Source of the DNA: Candidatus Shapirobacteria bacterium
Lineage (GTDB): Bacteria > Patescibacteriota > Microgenomatia > UBA12405
Direction: 5' to 3'
Assembly: GCA_028704635.1 (NCBI GenBank)
Contig: JAQWFB010000006.1
Coordinates: 1-62,664 of the forward strand
DNA: 62,664 nt
Below the pieces are notes generated by a model. The model was not told the origin of the DNA and searched no databases. It saw nothing but the letters and a program-made list of their open reading frames with translations. The position numbers and the translations under genes were made by a program. Positions 28,917 through 37,395 of this stretch are shown here, piece after piece (positions within the stretch are counted from its first letter, which is position 1; each line of letters opens with the position of its first letter).

Positions 28917-30116
28917 ATGACTCTTGTTTACATCCTCTTAATTCTAATTCTCATCGCCCAGGTTTATTTAATTTCTAAATCAAAAACAACCGATAATACG
29001 GCCCAATTAATTAAAGAACTCGATAAAATCCAACTCAAATTAGAAAATTCCATCAAACAGGATTTTTCTTTAAACCGCCAAGAATTAAACGGTTCTTTTA
29101 ACAATTTCTCCATCAAACTCGACAAACTTATCACCAGTATCAACACCATTTTAAATCAAGTCCGCGAATCCATCGAAAAACGACTTGAATTAATTCAAAA
29201 AGATAATTCTGTCCAACTCGAAAAAATGCGGGTTACCGTCGATGAAAAATTACAAAGCACTTTAGAAAAAAGATTAGGGGAATCATTTAAACAAGTCAGC
29301 ACTCAATTAGAATCAGTTTATAAAGGTTTAGGTGAAATGCAAAATTTAGCCGTCGGTGTCGGCGATCTTAAAAAAGTTTTATCCAATATCAAAGTTCGTG
29401 GCACTTGGGGTGAAGTTCAATTAGAAAATTTACTCGATCAATTTTTGATTAAAGACCAATACGAAACCAACGTGGCTGTTAAACATGGCAGTAATGATCG
29501 AGTCGAATTTGCCATCAAACTTCCCGGCAAAAAAGAAGGCGAAAAACCATGTCTTTTACCTATCGATTGTAAATTTCCTTTAGAGGATTATCAAAATTTA
29601 ATTAAAGCTCAAGAAAAAGGGGATTTAATTCAAATCGAAGTTTCTGAAAAAGCCCTGGAAAATCGGCTCAAAAAAGAAGCTAAAGACATTTTTGATAAAT
29701 ATCTCGATCCACCTCACACCACTGATTTTGCCATTCTTTATCTTCCCGTTGAAGGCCTCTATGCTGAAATTGCCCAAAAACCGGGATTAGTTGATTCACT
29801 TCAGCGCCAATACCGAGTCACCATTTCTGGCCCCACCACTATCACTGCCATCCTTAACAGTTTTCAAATGGGTTTCAGAACTTTAGCTGTCGAAAAAAGA
29901 TCGTCCGAAGTTTGGATGGTTTTAAACAGTATTAAAAAGGAATTCGGAGTTTTTGGTGATTTATTAACCAAAACTCAAAAGAAACTTCAGGAAGCTAGTA
30001 ATGTTATTGAAGATGCCAGTTCTAAATCTCACACTATTGTTAGTAAATTAAACAAAGTTCAAAGTTTACCTCAGCCAACTAATCCAGAAGAATTAATTGA
30101 AGCTATTCATGAATAA
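28917..30116 (+). CDS. rmuC: DNA recombination protein RmuC
   Basis: 399 aa with an N-terminal TM and a long coiled coil. RGTWGEVQLENLL and DFAILYLPVEGLYAE are RmuC hallmarks. Confidence 0.85.
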   Translation: MTLVYILLILILIAQVYLISKSKTTDNTAQLIKELDKIQLKLENSIKQDFSLNRQELNGSFNNFSIKLDKLITSINTILNQVRESIEKRLELIQKDNSVQLEKMRVTVDEKLQSTLEKRLGESFKQVSTQLESVYKGLGEMQNLAVGVGDLKKVLSNIKVRGTWGEVQLENLLDQFLIKDQYETNVAVKHGSNDRVEFAIKLPGKKEGEKPCLLPIDCKFPLEDYQNLIKAQEKGDLIQIEVSEKALENRLKKEAKDIFDKYLDPPHTTDFAILYLPVEGLYAEIAQKPGLVDSLQRQYRVTISGPTTITAILNSFQMGFRTLAVEKRSSEVWMVLNSIKKEFGVFGDLLTKTQKKLQEASNVIEDASSKSHTIVSKLNKVQSLPQPTNPEELIEAIHE

Positions 30117-30435
30117 GAAGTTTTTTTATTACGCTCTTACTCTTGCTTCTGTTTTTTTAATTTTTGTCAATTCAGTCTCTCCTGAATTTTTTTGGTCAAA
30201 AATAATTTTCTTTTTCATTATTTTTTGTTTCTTTTTTTCTGTTCTCTGTATTTTTTCCCAGAAATACAGCCTAAATTCAATCAAAGCCCTTTATTTCACT
30301 TCATTAATTTTACTTTTATTTTTCCATCAATTTAATCTTCTCAACATAATTCTTCTTTCAATTATTTTAATCGCCTTTTTGTTTTTCGTTTCAAAAAAAA
30401 CTAACCAAACAAAATCTGTTGTAAAAAAAAGGTAA
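30109..30435 (+). CDS. Small polytopic membrane protein, unknown function
   Basis: About 108 aa with three hydrophobic segments. ATG at 30109 is preferred over TTG at 30097. Confidence 0.45.
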   Translation: MNKKFFYYALTLASVFLIFVNSVSPEFFWSKIIFFFIIFCFFFSVLCIFSQKYSLNSIKALYFTSLILLLFFHQFNLLNIILLSIILIAFLFFVSKKTNQTKSVVKKR

Positions 30436-30548
30436 TAATAATACAATACCCCCACAGCTAAATTTTCAGTAAAAACATTGAAAAAATTGGTGTTAGCACC
30501 TTTACATATATAAAATCTAAATTTTAAAAAGAAAGAGGATGGTTTGTA

Positions 30549-31277
30549 ATGGAGGCAAAAGACAGGATTATTGTTCCAGTTGACACTAATAATATCGACG
30601 TTGCGCTCAAAATTGTGGAAACTCTACAACCTTACGTTGGCATGTTCAAATTTGGATTAGAACTGCAAAATTCAATCATTGCCCAATTAATTAATTATGG
30701 AGATCTGTCATCTTTGGGCAAAATTAAAAGACTTTTTAATTTGGTTGATGGCAAACTGTTTTGGGACGGCAAATGGGATGATATTTCTAACACAGTCAAA
30801 GGCGCTGCCAATGCTATTTCTTTATTAAAACCAGCCATGGTCAATGTTCACGTTTCTGCCGGAGAAGAAGCTATCAAGGCTGCAATTGAAAACAGTCCTG
30901 ACAGTATAGTCCTTGGTGTTACTGTTTTAACCAGTATTTCTTCTGAAGAATGTTATCGCCTTTTTGGAGAATATTCTGGTTATAAAGTTAACTATTTTGC
31001 TCAAATACTTGCGAGGCTTGGTGCCGGTGGTATTATCTGTTCACCAAAAGAATTACCAAGGCTTAACAAACCTAAATTTAAAGGATTACTAAAAGTTGTC
31101 CCAGGAATTAGGCCTTTGTGGGCGGACGCCAACGATCAAAAACGAATAATGACTCCCAGAGAGGCTATCGATGCCGGTGGTGATTATTTAGTTATTGGCC
31201 GACCAATTACCAGTCCTCCAAATGGCATGACGCCTCAAGATGCCGTCGAAAAAATAATTGAAGAGTTGGAGGCGTAA
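30549..31277 (+). CDS. pyrF: Orotidine 5'-phosphate decarboxylase
   Basis: IIVPVD, FKFGLEL, DGKWDDISNT (DxKxxDIxnT), VVPGIRP, DQKRIMTP and LVIGRPIT. Confidence 0.85.
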   Translation: MEAKDRIIVPVDTNNIDVALKIVETLQPYVGMFKFGLELQNSIIAQLINYGDLSSLGKIKRLFNLVDGKLFWDGKWDDISNTVKGAANAISLLKPAMVNVHVSAGEEAIKAAIENSPDSIVLGVTVLTSISSEECYRLFGEYSGYKVNYFAQILARLGAGGIICSPKELPRLNKPKFKGLLKVVPGIRPLWADANDQKRIMTPREAIDAGGDYLVIGRPITSPPNGMTPQDAVEKIIEELEA

Positions 31278-31279
31278 AA

Positions 31280-32008
31280 ATGTTCAATATTTTAGAGCAT
31301 TCCCCATATGAAACATTTGTTAAAGTTGGTGGTGTTTATAAATCGCCTGAGGATAGGAATGAAAACTATTTAGGTCCATTAGTTGCTTATGACGACATTT
31401 ATATCGATGTCAATGGTAATAAAAAAAATTATGTCGGTTTCTATTACTATAATACCGCCCCAATTGAACAATTATCCAAAGCCACAGAATATTTTTCCAG
31501 TCTTCTGGCAGAAACAATCAAGGCCAATCTGTGTCTTCCTTCCTACCATTTAATTGCATCTCAAGAGGATTTTGTTTTGGTTACCGACATAGACAAACTG
31601 TTACTATACCCAATATCCTTTTTTAAAAAGAGAGTATTGGCAGTTGCTGACCCCGAACATGGAAAAAAAGAAGAATCTTTTCTTTTTTATGATCGTCAAA
31701 ATATTCAAGTTGGTGGAAATTATATTATTTTTGAAGGCGTCTGTAATAATTTTTTTACCACCAAACAAATGATTGATCTTATCGAATCTGCAGAAGGAAA
31801 TGTGATTGCTATTGCTTGTGTCATTAATCGCTCCAAAAAAAAATCTTTCTATGGTATTCCGATACTTTCAGTAGTTCATATTCCTACTCCGCAATACCGG
31901 CAAGACGACCCGATAGTTAAAAAATTAATTGAAGAATGTAATATTGTTTGGGAACCAAAAAAATATTGGTCTTTTCTTCAAGAAGAAATGCGGAAATGCA
32001 AAAAATAA
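31280..32008 (+). CDS. Phosphoribosyltransferase-like protein (possible divergent orotate PRTase)
   Basis: 242 aa, adjacent and coupled to pyrF. A PRT-like segment, GGNYIIFEGVCNNFFTTKQMIDLIESAEGNVIAIACVINRS, replaces the canonical V(E/D)DVxTTG PRPP loop. Confidence 0.4.
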   Translation: MFNILEHSPYETFVKVGGVYKSPEDRNENYLGPLVAYDDIYIDVNGNKKNYVGFYYYNTAPIEQLSKATEYFSSLLAETIKANLCLPSYHLIASQEDFVLVTDIDKLLLYPISFFKKRVLAVADPEHGKKEESFLFYDRQNIQVGGNYIIFEGVCNNFFTTKQMIDLIESAEGNVIAIACVINRSKKKSFYGIPILSVVHIPTPQYRQDDPIVKKLIEECNIVWEPKKYWSFLQEEMRKCKK

Positions 32009-32030
32009 ATTAGATTTTATATATGTGATT

Positions 32031-32085
32031 ACCGGTAAGTAATTTGTTTTTAGAAAAAACAAAACGCTTACCGGTTTCTTTTTCC
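32031..32085 (+). terminator. Intrinsic terminator after the pyrF / PRT-like pair
   Basis: ACCGGTAAG ... CTTACCGGT stem with inner TTTGTTTTT/AAAAACAAA pairing, followed by TTCTTTTT. Confidence 0.6.
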
Positions 32086-32088
32086 CTC

Positions 32089-32117
32089 TTGACACCGTTT
32101 AGCACTCAGTCTATTAT
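32089..32117 (+). promoter_or_regulatory. Sigma-70-type promoter of the hrcA-grpE-dnaK-dnaJ operon
   Basis: TTGACA (32089-32094), a 17-nt spacer, then TATTAT (32112-32117). It lies 9 nt upstream of the hrcA ATG. Confidence 0.7.
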
Positions 32118-32125
32118 ATTGCTAA
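32099..32125 (+). promoter_or_regulatory. CIRCE operator (HrcA binding site)
   Basis: TTAGCACTC-N9-TATTGCTAA versus the consensus TTAGCACTC-N9-GAGTGCTAA. The left arm is 9/9 and the right arm 7/9. It overlaps the promoter spacer and -10 and ends 1 nt before the hrcA ATG. Confidence 0.75.
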
Positions 32126-32126
32126 T

Positions 32127-32864
32127 ATGTCAGATTTAACTCAAAGACAAATAAAAATACTTAAATGTGTCGTCGAGGAATTCATTGAAACCGCTGATCC
32201 AGTTGGTTCTGAAACCCTTGAAAAGAAATATGCATTAGGCATCTCTTCGGCCACTATTAGAAATGAAATGATGGCTCTGACGCAGCTTGGTTTTTTGAAA
32301 AAAGGTCATCTTTCTTCTGGTCGCACTCCAACTTCAATGGGTCTCAAATATTATGTCCGAAATTTAATGGCTCCAAAAAATTTATCCGTCAGTGATGAAA
32401 TCGGCGCCAAAGAAAAAATTTGGGAATATCGGAATGAATTTGATCGTTTACTCCATGAAACCATTAAAGAATTAGCTCAACGTACTAAATCTATGGCTAT
32501 TGTTACTACTGATCAAGGTACTATTTATAGTTGTGGCGCGTCAAATTTACTCGAGGAACCAGAATTTTTTAATATTGATGTTGCGAAAACAGTTTTATCT
32601 TTAATTGATAATGCCAATTTTTGGCATGAGATTATTAAAAAGGCAGGTAGTTTAAACCCAGAATCTACTGAAATAGTTCATCTTTTAATCGGTGAAGATC
32701 TTGGAATGGAACATCTCGAACCATGTGGTTTTATCTATCAAAATTATGAATCCGGTCCACATCGTGGAATTATTGGGATAGTTGGCCCCGCCCGTTTTAG
32801 GTATTCATACGTTGTCCCAGTCGTCGATTATTTTGCCGAGCTTCTTTCCACTATTAGTCGTTAA
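32127..32864 (+). CDS. hrcA: Heat-inducible transcription repressor HrcA (short form, 245 aa)
   Basis: LTQRQIKILKCVVEEFIETADPVGSETL..ISSATIRNEMMALTQLGFL is the HrcA winged-helix signature. CIRCE lies upstream and grpE-dnaK downstream. Confidence 0.85.
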   Translation: MSDLTQRQIKILKCVVEEFIETADPVGSETLEKKYALGISSATIRNEMMALTQLGFLKKGHLSSGRTPTSMGLKYYVRNLMAPKNLSVSDEIGAKEKIWEYRNEFDRLLHETIKELAQRTKSMAIVTTDQGTIYSCGASNLLEEPEFFNIDVAKTVLSLIDNANFWHEIIKKAGSLNPESTEIVHLLIGEDLGMEHLEPCGFIYQNYESGPHRGIIGIVGPARFRYSYVVPVVDYFAELLSTISR

Positions 32865-32871
32865 AAAAAAT

Positions 32872-33330
32872 ATGTCAAAAGATAAAAAGGTAAAAACAAA
32901 CAGTCCTAATAACGCCGAATTATTAGAAAAAATCACTTCACTAGAAGAAAGATTAGCCCGATCTTTGGCTGATTATTCTAATTTAGAAAAAAGAATTGAT
33001 TCACAGCGCCAATTATTTGTCACTTTGGCTACTACTTCTATTTTAAGTAAGATGGTTGAAGTTTTAGATAATTTTTATCTTGCTCAAAATCATCTTAATG
33101 ATCCAGGTCTCAAAATGGCCATCGACAAATTTGATTCAGTTTTAAAAACAGAAGGTTTAGAAGAAATTAATCCTTTGGGTTTAGAATTTGATCCACAGTC
33201 AATGGAATGCATTGAAACAGTCGAAGGCAAAGAAAATTTTGTCATCGAAGTTAAAAAATTAGGTTACAAATTAAATGGTCATGTTATCCGACCGGCTCAA
33301 GTGTCAGTTGGCAAGAATTTGCCAAATTAA
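32872..33330 (+). CDS. grpE: Nucleotide exchange factor GrpE (short)
   Basis: 152 aa from ATG at 32872. LARSLADYSNLEKR coiled coil, then a C-terminal beta domain (FDPQSMECIE..GYKLNGHVIRPAQV). Confidence 0.85.
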   Translation: MSKDKKVKTNSPNNAELLEKITSLEERLARSLADYSNLEKRIDSQRQLFVTLATTSILSKMVEVLDNFYLAQNHLNDPGLKMAIDKFDSVLKTEGLEEINPLGLEFDPQSMECIETVEGKENFVIEVKKLGYKLNGHVIRPAQVSVGKNLPN

Positions 33331-33334
33331 ACCG

Positions 33335-33362
33335 TAGAGACGCCCCCGGCGGGGCGTCTCTA
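33335..33362. repeat. GC-rich REP-like palindrome TAGAGACGCCCC-CGGC-GGGGCGTCTCTA
   Basis: 12-bp perfect arms and a 4-nt loop, 5 nt after the grpE stop. It shares the (G)TAGAGACG / CGTCTCTA(C) arms with the copies at 35352, 47098 and 53618. Confidence 0.8.
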
Positions 33363-33412
33363 TCTCCAAAAAACAATTTATAAATTAAAAGTTAAAGATT
33401 AAATAAAAACAT

Positions 33413-35341
33413 ATGTCAAACAAAATCATCGGAATCGATTTAGGCACCACCAACTCCTGCGTTGCTGTTATGGAAGGTGGTTCTCCAAAAGTTATTATTA
33501 GTTCTGAAGGTCGCAATACCATTCCTTCTATCGTTGAGCCAGTTAAAAAACTCGTCGGCGATTTAGCTAAACGCCAAATGGTTCTTAATTCTGCTAATAC
33601 TATTTATAGTGTTAAGCGATTAATGGGACGAAGAATGGACGATCCTGAAGTCAAAAAAATGCAATCAGTTTCTGCATTTAAAATAGTTGCCGGCAAAGAC
33701 AACACTGCTTGTGTTGAAATTGATGGTAAAGTGTACACTCCTCAAGAAATTTCAGCTATGATCTTACAAAAAGCTAAAGCTGATGCTGAAAAATATCTTG
33801 GTGAAAAAGTTACTGATGCTGTTATTACTGTTCCAGCTTATTTTGATGATTCTCAAAGACAAGCTACCAAGCAAGCTGGAGAAATTGCTGGTCTTAATGT
33901 TCAACGAATTGTCAATGAACCAACCGCTGCTGCTTTAGCCTATGGTTTGGATAAAAAAGGCAATGAATTAGTTGCTGTTTACGATTTAGGAGGGGGTACC
34001 TTTGATATCTCTATTCTTGAAATCGGTGATGGTATTTTTGAAGTTAAATCTACCAACGGTGATACTTTCCTTGGTGGTGATGATTTTGATCAAAAAATTA
34101 TCACTTGGATTACTGATGATTTCCAAAAACAAAATGGAGTCGATCTCAGCAAAGATCCTCAAGCTTTACAGCGTGTTCGTGAGGCTGCTGAAAAAGCCAA
34201 AATTGAGCTTTCCAGCGCCGCCGAAACTGAAATTAATTTACCATTCATTACCCAAAAAGACGGACAACCTTTGCATTTGACCAAGAAATTAACCCGTTCT
34301 GAATTGGAAAAAATGGTCGATGATCTTATTCAAAAAACTATTAGTCCAGTCGAAAAAGCATTAAAAGATGCTGGTGTTTCTAAATCAGATATTAAAGAAG
34401 TTGTTATGGTCGGTGGCATGACTCGCATGCCTAAAATTCAGGAAGCTGTTAAAAACTTCTTTGGCAAAGATTTAAATAATACCGTAAATCCGGACGAAGT
34501 TGTCGCTATTGGTGCCGCCGTTCAAGGTGCTGTTTTAACTGGTGAGGTTAAAGACGTTGTTCTCTTAGATGTCACTCCTTTAACTCTCGGAATTGAAACT
34601 GCTGGTGGCGTTCGTACTCCTTTAATCGACAGAAATACTACTGTTCCTACTAAGAAATCTCAAGTCTTCACTACTTATGCGGACAGTCAACCTCAAGTGG
34701 AAATTAATGTTCTTCAAGGTGAGCGACCTATGGCCACCGACAACAAAACTCTTGGCCGTTTTGTTTTAGATGGAATTGCTCCAGCTCCTCGTGGTATGCC
34801 TCAAATCGAAGTCACTTTTGACATCGACAGTAATGGTATTCTTTCTGTTTCTGCCAAAGATAAGGGCACAAATAAAGAACAAAAAATCACTATTCAAAAT
34901 GCCACCAATCTAAAAGAAGAAGAAATTGAGCAAATGAAAAAAGATGCTGAAGCCCATGCTCGCGAAGACGAAGATAGAAAAGCTTTGGCCGAAGCTAAAA
35001 ATAAATTAGATGGTACTATTTTCTCTGGTGAAAAAACTTTAAAGGATTTTGCCGACAAAGTTAAACCAGAAGATAAAGAAAAAATCGAAGCCCAGTTAAA
35101 AACAGCTCGAGAAGTTTTAGCTAAAACCGATGTCACCAAAGACGAACTAGATAAAGCGTCAGAAGAGTTAAATCAAATTCTTCAAACCGTTGGTGCCGCT
35201 ATTTATCAGCAACAACAACCCGGTCCAGAGGCTGGGGCTGGACAACCAGGACCAGAAGGTGAAACTCAGCCAAATGCCGAAGAACCGAAAAAGACCGAAG
35301 ATTCTAAAAAAGACGCCGAAGAAGGCGAAGTGGTTCAATAA
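33413..35341 (+). CDS. dnaK: Molecular chaperone DnaK (Hsp70)
   Basis: [27 protein letters not shown] and [15 protein letters not shown]. 642 aa. Confidence 0.97.
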   Translation: MSNKIIGIDLGTTNSCVAVMEGGSPKVIISSEGRNTIPSIVEPVKKLVGDLAKRQMVLNSANTIYSVKRLMGRRMDDPEVKKMQSVSAFKIVAGKDNTACVEIDGKVYTPQEISAMILQKAKADAEKYLGEKVTDAVITVPAYFDDSQRQATKQAGEIAGLNVQRIVNEPTAAALAYGLDKKGNELVAVYDLGGGTFDISILEIGDGIFEVKSTNGDTFLGGDDFDQKIITWITDDFQKQNGVDLSKDPQALQRVREAAEKAKIELSSAAETEINLPFITQKDGQPLHLTKKLTRSELEKMVDDLIQKTISPVEKALKDAGVSKSDIKEVVMVGGMTRMPKIQEAVKNFFGKDLNNTVNPDEVVAIGAAVQGAVLTGEVKDVVLLDVTPLTLGIETAGGVRTPLIDRNTTVPTKKSQVFTTYADSQPQVEINVLQGERPMATDNKTLGRFVLDGIAPAPRGMPQIEVTFDIDSNGILSVSAKDKGTNKEQKITIQNATNLKEEEIEQMKKDAEAHAREDEDRKALAEAKNKLDGTIFSGEKTLKDFADKVKPEDKEKIEAQLKTAREVLAKTDVTKDELDKASEELNQILQTVGAAIYQQQQPGPEAGAGQPGPEGETQPNAEEPKKTEDSKKDAEEGEVVQ

Positions 35342-35351
35342 AAATATAATC

Positions 35352-35381
35352 TGTAGAGACGCGCCATGGTGCGTCTCTACA
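35352..35381. repeat. 30-bp REP-like palindrome TGTAGAGACGCGCCATGGTGCGTCTCTACA
   Basis: One mismatch from a perfect palindrome (a G-T pair). It lies 10 nt after the dnaK stop and is identical to the reverse complement of 47098-47127. Confidence 0.85.
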
Positions 35382-35382
35382 A

Positions 35383-35391
35383 TGATAGAAT
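35383..35391 (+). promoter_or_regulatory. Extended -10 element TGATAGAAT, 7 nt upstream of the dnaJ ATG
   Basis: TGnTAGAAT at 35383-35391 with the dnaJ ATG at 35399 and no SD between. This suggests an internal, possibly leaderless, dnaJ promoter. Confidence 0.4.
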
Positions 35392-35398
35392 AGACTTT

Positions 35399-36253
35399 AT
35401 GAAAAAAGATTTTTACGAATTATTAGGCGTCCCTAAAACTGCCACCAAAGAAGAAATTAAAAGCGCTTACCGTAAGTCAGCCTTAAAATTTCACCCCGAT
35501 AAAAACAAAGCTCCTGATGCCGAAGATAAATTCAAAGAAATTAACGAAGCCTATGAAGTTTTAAGTAATGATCAAAAAAAATCGGCTTATGATAAATTCG
35601 GCCATGCCGCTTTTGATCCATCCTCAGGCGGTTTCGGCGGTCACACCTACACTCAGCAAAACGGTCCTAATTTTACTTACACCCAAAGTGGTAATCCGTT
35701 TAGTGGTGCAGATTTTGATTTTGGCGGATTTAGTAACCCTTTTGATATTTTTGAACAATTTTTTGGTGGTTCTTTTAGTGGACAGCAAAGTCAAGGTAAA
35801 CGTCTCGAAACTTATAAAATTTCTCTTTCTTTTTTAGAAGCTGCCAATGGTTGCCAAAAAGAAGTTTCTATCGCTGGCCGTAAAAAAACTCTCAAAATTC
35901 CTGCCGGTGTCGACGATGGTCAAAAAATTCGTTTTTCCGAGTTTATTCTTTATATCGATGTTCAACCAGATAAAATTTTTAAACGCGAAGGTAACGATGT
36001 TTTTGTAAATGTAAATATAAAGCTTAATCAAGCTATTTTTGGTGACACCATCGAAGTTTCCACTCTTAAAGATCCTCTTAAAGTTCGCATAAAACCGGGT
36101 ACTCAACCAAACACTTTAATTCGTCTTAAAGGACAGGGAGTTAAGGATGTAAATGGTTATGGACAAGGAGATTTTTATATTCGTCTTTTTGTTGAAATTC
36201 CAACTAAACTAACTTCTCGTCAAAAAGACTTATTAAAACAGCTAGATTTGTAA
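35399..36253 (+). CDS. dnaJ: J-domain co-chaperone DnaJ/CbpA-like (class B, no zinc-finger domain)
   Basis: DFYELLGV..KSAYRKSALKFHPDKN J-domain and a G/F-rich region, then C-terminal beta domains. No CxxCxGxG repeats. ATG at 35399. Confidence 0.85.
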   Translation: MKKDFYELLGVPKTATKEEIKSAYRKSALKFHPDKNKAPDAEDKFKEINEAYEVLSNDQKKSAYDKFGHAAFDPSSGGFGGHTYTQQNGPNFTYTQSGNPFSGADFDFGGFSNPFDIFEQFFGGSFSGQQSQGKRLETYKISLSFLEAANGCQKEVSIAGRKKTLKIPAGVDDGQKIRFSEFILYIDVQPDKIFKREGNDVFVNVNIKLNQAIFGDTIEVSTLKDPLKVRIKPGTQPNTLIRLKGQGVKDVNGYGQGDFYIRLFVEIPTKLTSRQKDLLKQLDL

Positions 36254-36259
36254 TTTTTC

Positions 36260-36268
36260 TGGTATAAT
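36260..36268 (+). promoter_or_regulatory. Extended -10 element TGGTATAAT between dnaJ and nusA
   Basis: Exact TGnTATAAT, 7 nt after the dnaJ stop and upstream of the terminator-like hairpin at 36302. Confidence 0.4.
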
Positions 36269-36301
36269 CTAACCATAATTATTTTGCAGTGTTTTTAACC
36301 C

Positions 36302-36325
36302 GGGGCTGAGAAAAGCCCCTTTTTT
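36302..36325 (+). terminator. Intrinsic terminator hairpin (dnaJ terminator and/or nusA leader attenuator)
   Basis: GGGGCT-GAGAAA-AGCCCC followed by TTTTTT. It lies 22 nt upstream of the nusA ATG, just ahead of the AAAAGGAG Shine-Dalgarno sequence. Confidence 0.6.
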
Positions 36326-36347
36326 AATACTGCTAAAAGGAGATAAT

Positions 36348-37328
36348 ATGGATTTAAAAAAACTACCAAAAACAGAATTTGCCGCAGCTGTGGCTCAAAT
36401 TGCTGGTGAAAGAAACATCGATGTTCAATCTATTTTAGATTCAATTGAATTTGGTCTTATCTCTGCCTATAAACGTGATCAAAAAGAACACGGCGTCATT
36501 GTCCCAGACGAAGACGTTTTTACTGCCGAATTAGCTCCAGAATCTGGATCTTTTAAAGTCTATAAAATTGACGGCGACCAAAAAACCGATGTTACTCCTC
36601 CTGGTTTTGGTCGAATTGCCGCCCAAACCGCTAAACAAGTCATCGATCAAAGAATCCATGAAGCCGAAAAAGAATCAGTTGTGGCTGAATTTGAAAAGAA
36701 AATGGGAACCCTCATTTCTTGTATTGTCTTAAAAAATGATCCTTATAAAATGGTTGTTGGTGTTGGTAAAACCGAAGGTATTTGTCCAAAAGACGAACAA
36801 ATTAGAGATGAAATTCTTCCTCTTGGAGCCAAAAAATTATTTTTATTAAAAGAAATCACTCGTGACGAAACCGGTCGTAGTGAAATTATTTTATCTCGCC
36901 GAGATAGTGCTTTTGTTAAAGAATTATTCGCTCGCGAAGTTCCAGAAGTTGCCAACGGTTCAGTCATAATCGAAAAGATTGCCAGAACCGCCGGTGAAAG
37001 AACTAAAATTGCTGTTTCTTCAAATCAACCTGGAATCGATCCAGTTGGTTCTTGTATTGGTCAAAAAGGTTCTCGTATTCAAGCAATTTTAAGTGAATTA
37101 CCAATGGAAGAAAAAGTTGATGTTGTCGCTTTTTCTCAAAATCTAACTCAATTTATTGCTCAAGCTCTTTCTCCAGCCCAAAACGTCAAAGTTGTTGAAA
37201 TCAAAAACAACTGCGCCTTTGTCACTGTTCCAGAATCACAATTAGCTCTGGCTATTGGCGGCGGCGGCGAAAATGTTCGTTTAGCTGGCCAATTAGTTGG
37301 TCTCGAAATAAAACTTACCCAATCTTAA
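36348..37328 (+). CDS. nusA: Transcription termination/antitermination factor NusA (short, 326 aa)
   Basis: FGRIAAQTAKQVIDQRIHEAE (S1 region), GVGKTEGICP, and KH motifs (DPVGSCIGQKGSRIQAI, LAIGGGGENVRLAGQL). No C-terminal AR repeats. Confidence 0.9.
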   Translation: MDLKKLPKTEFAAAVAQIAGERNIDVQSILDSIEFGLISAYKRDQKEHGVIVPDEDVFTAELAPESGSFKVYKIDGDQKTDVTPPGFGRIAAQTAKQVIDQRIHEAEKESVVAEFEKKMGTLISCIVLKNDPYKMVVGVGKTEGICPKDEQIRDEILPLGAKKLFLLKEITRDETGRSEIILSRRDSAFVKELFAREVPEVANGSVIIEKIARTAGERTKIAVSSNQPGIDPVGSCIGQKGSRIQAILSELPMEEKVDVVAFSQNLTQFIAQALSPAQNVKVVEIKNNCAFVTVPESQLALAIGGGGENVRLAGQLVGLEIKLTQS

Positions 37329-37334
37329 ATAAAA

Positions 37335-37378
37335 GTCGCCCCTGTCAAGGGGAGATGCCCGAAGGGCAGAGGGGTTTT
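37335..37378. repeat. GC-rich compound hairpin element between nusA and infB
   Basis: GTCGCCCCTGTCAAGGGGAGATGCCCGAAGGGCAGAGGGGTTTT. Contains CCCCT/AGGGG and TGCCC/GGGCA hairpins, with alternative CCCCT...AGGGG pairing followed by TTTT. It is sharply GC-rich against the AT-rich background. Confidence 0.6.
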
Positions 37379-37395
37379 AACTATTAAAACAAAAT

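Noticed and set aside
35190-35393. 67-aa plus-strand ORF spanning the dnaK 3' end and the palindrome (..NIICRDAPWCVSTMIE)
   Set aside because: It is out of frame inside dnaK, and its C-terminus is simply the translation of the 30-bp REP-like palindrome. No start context.
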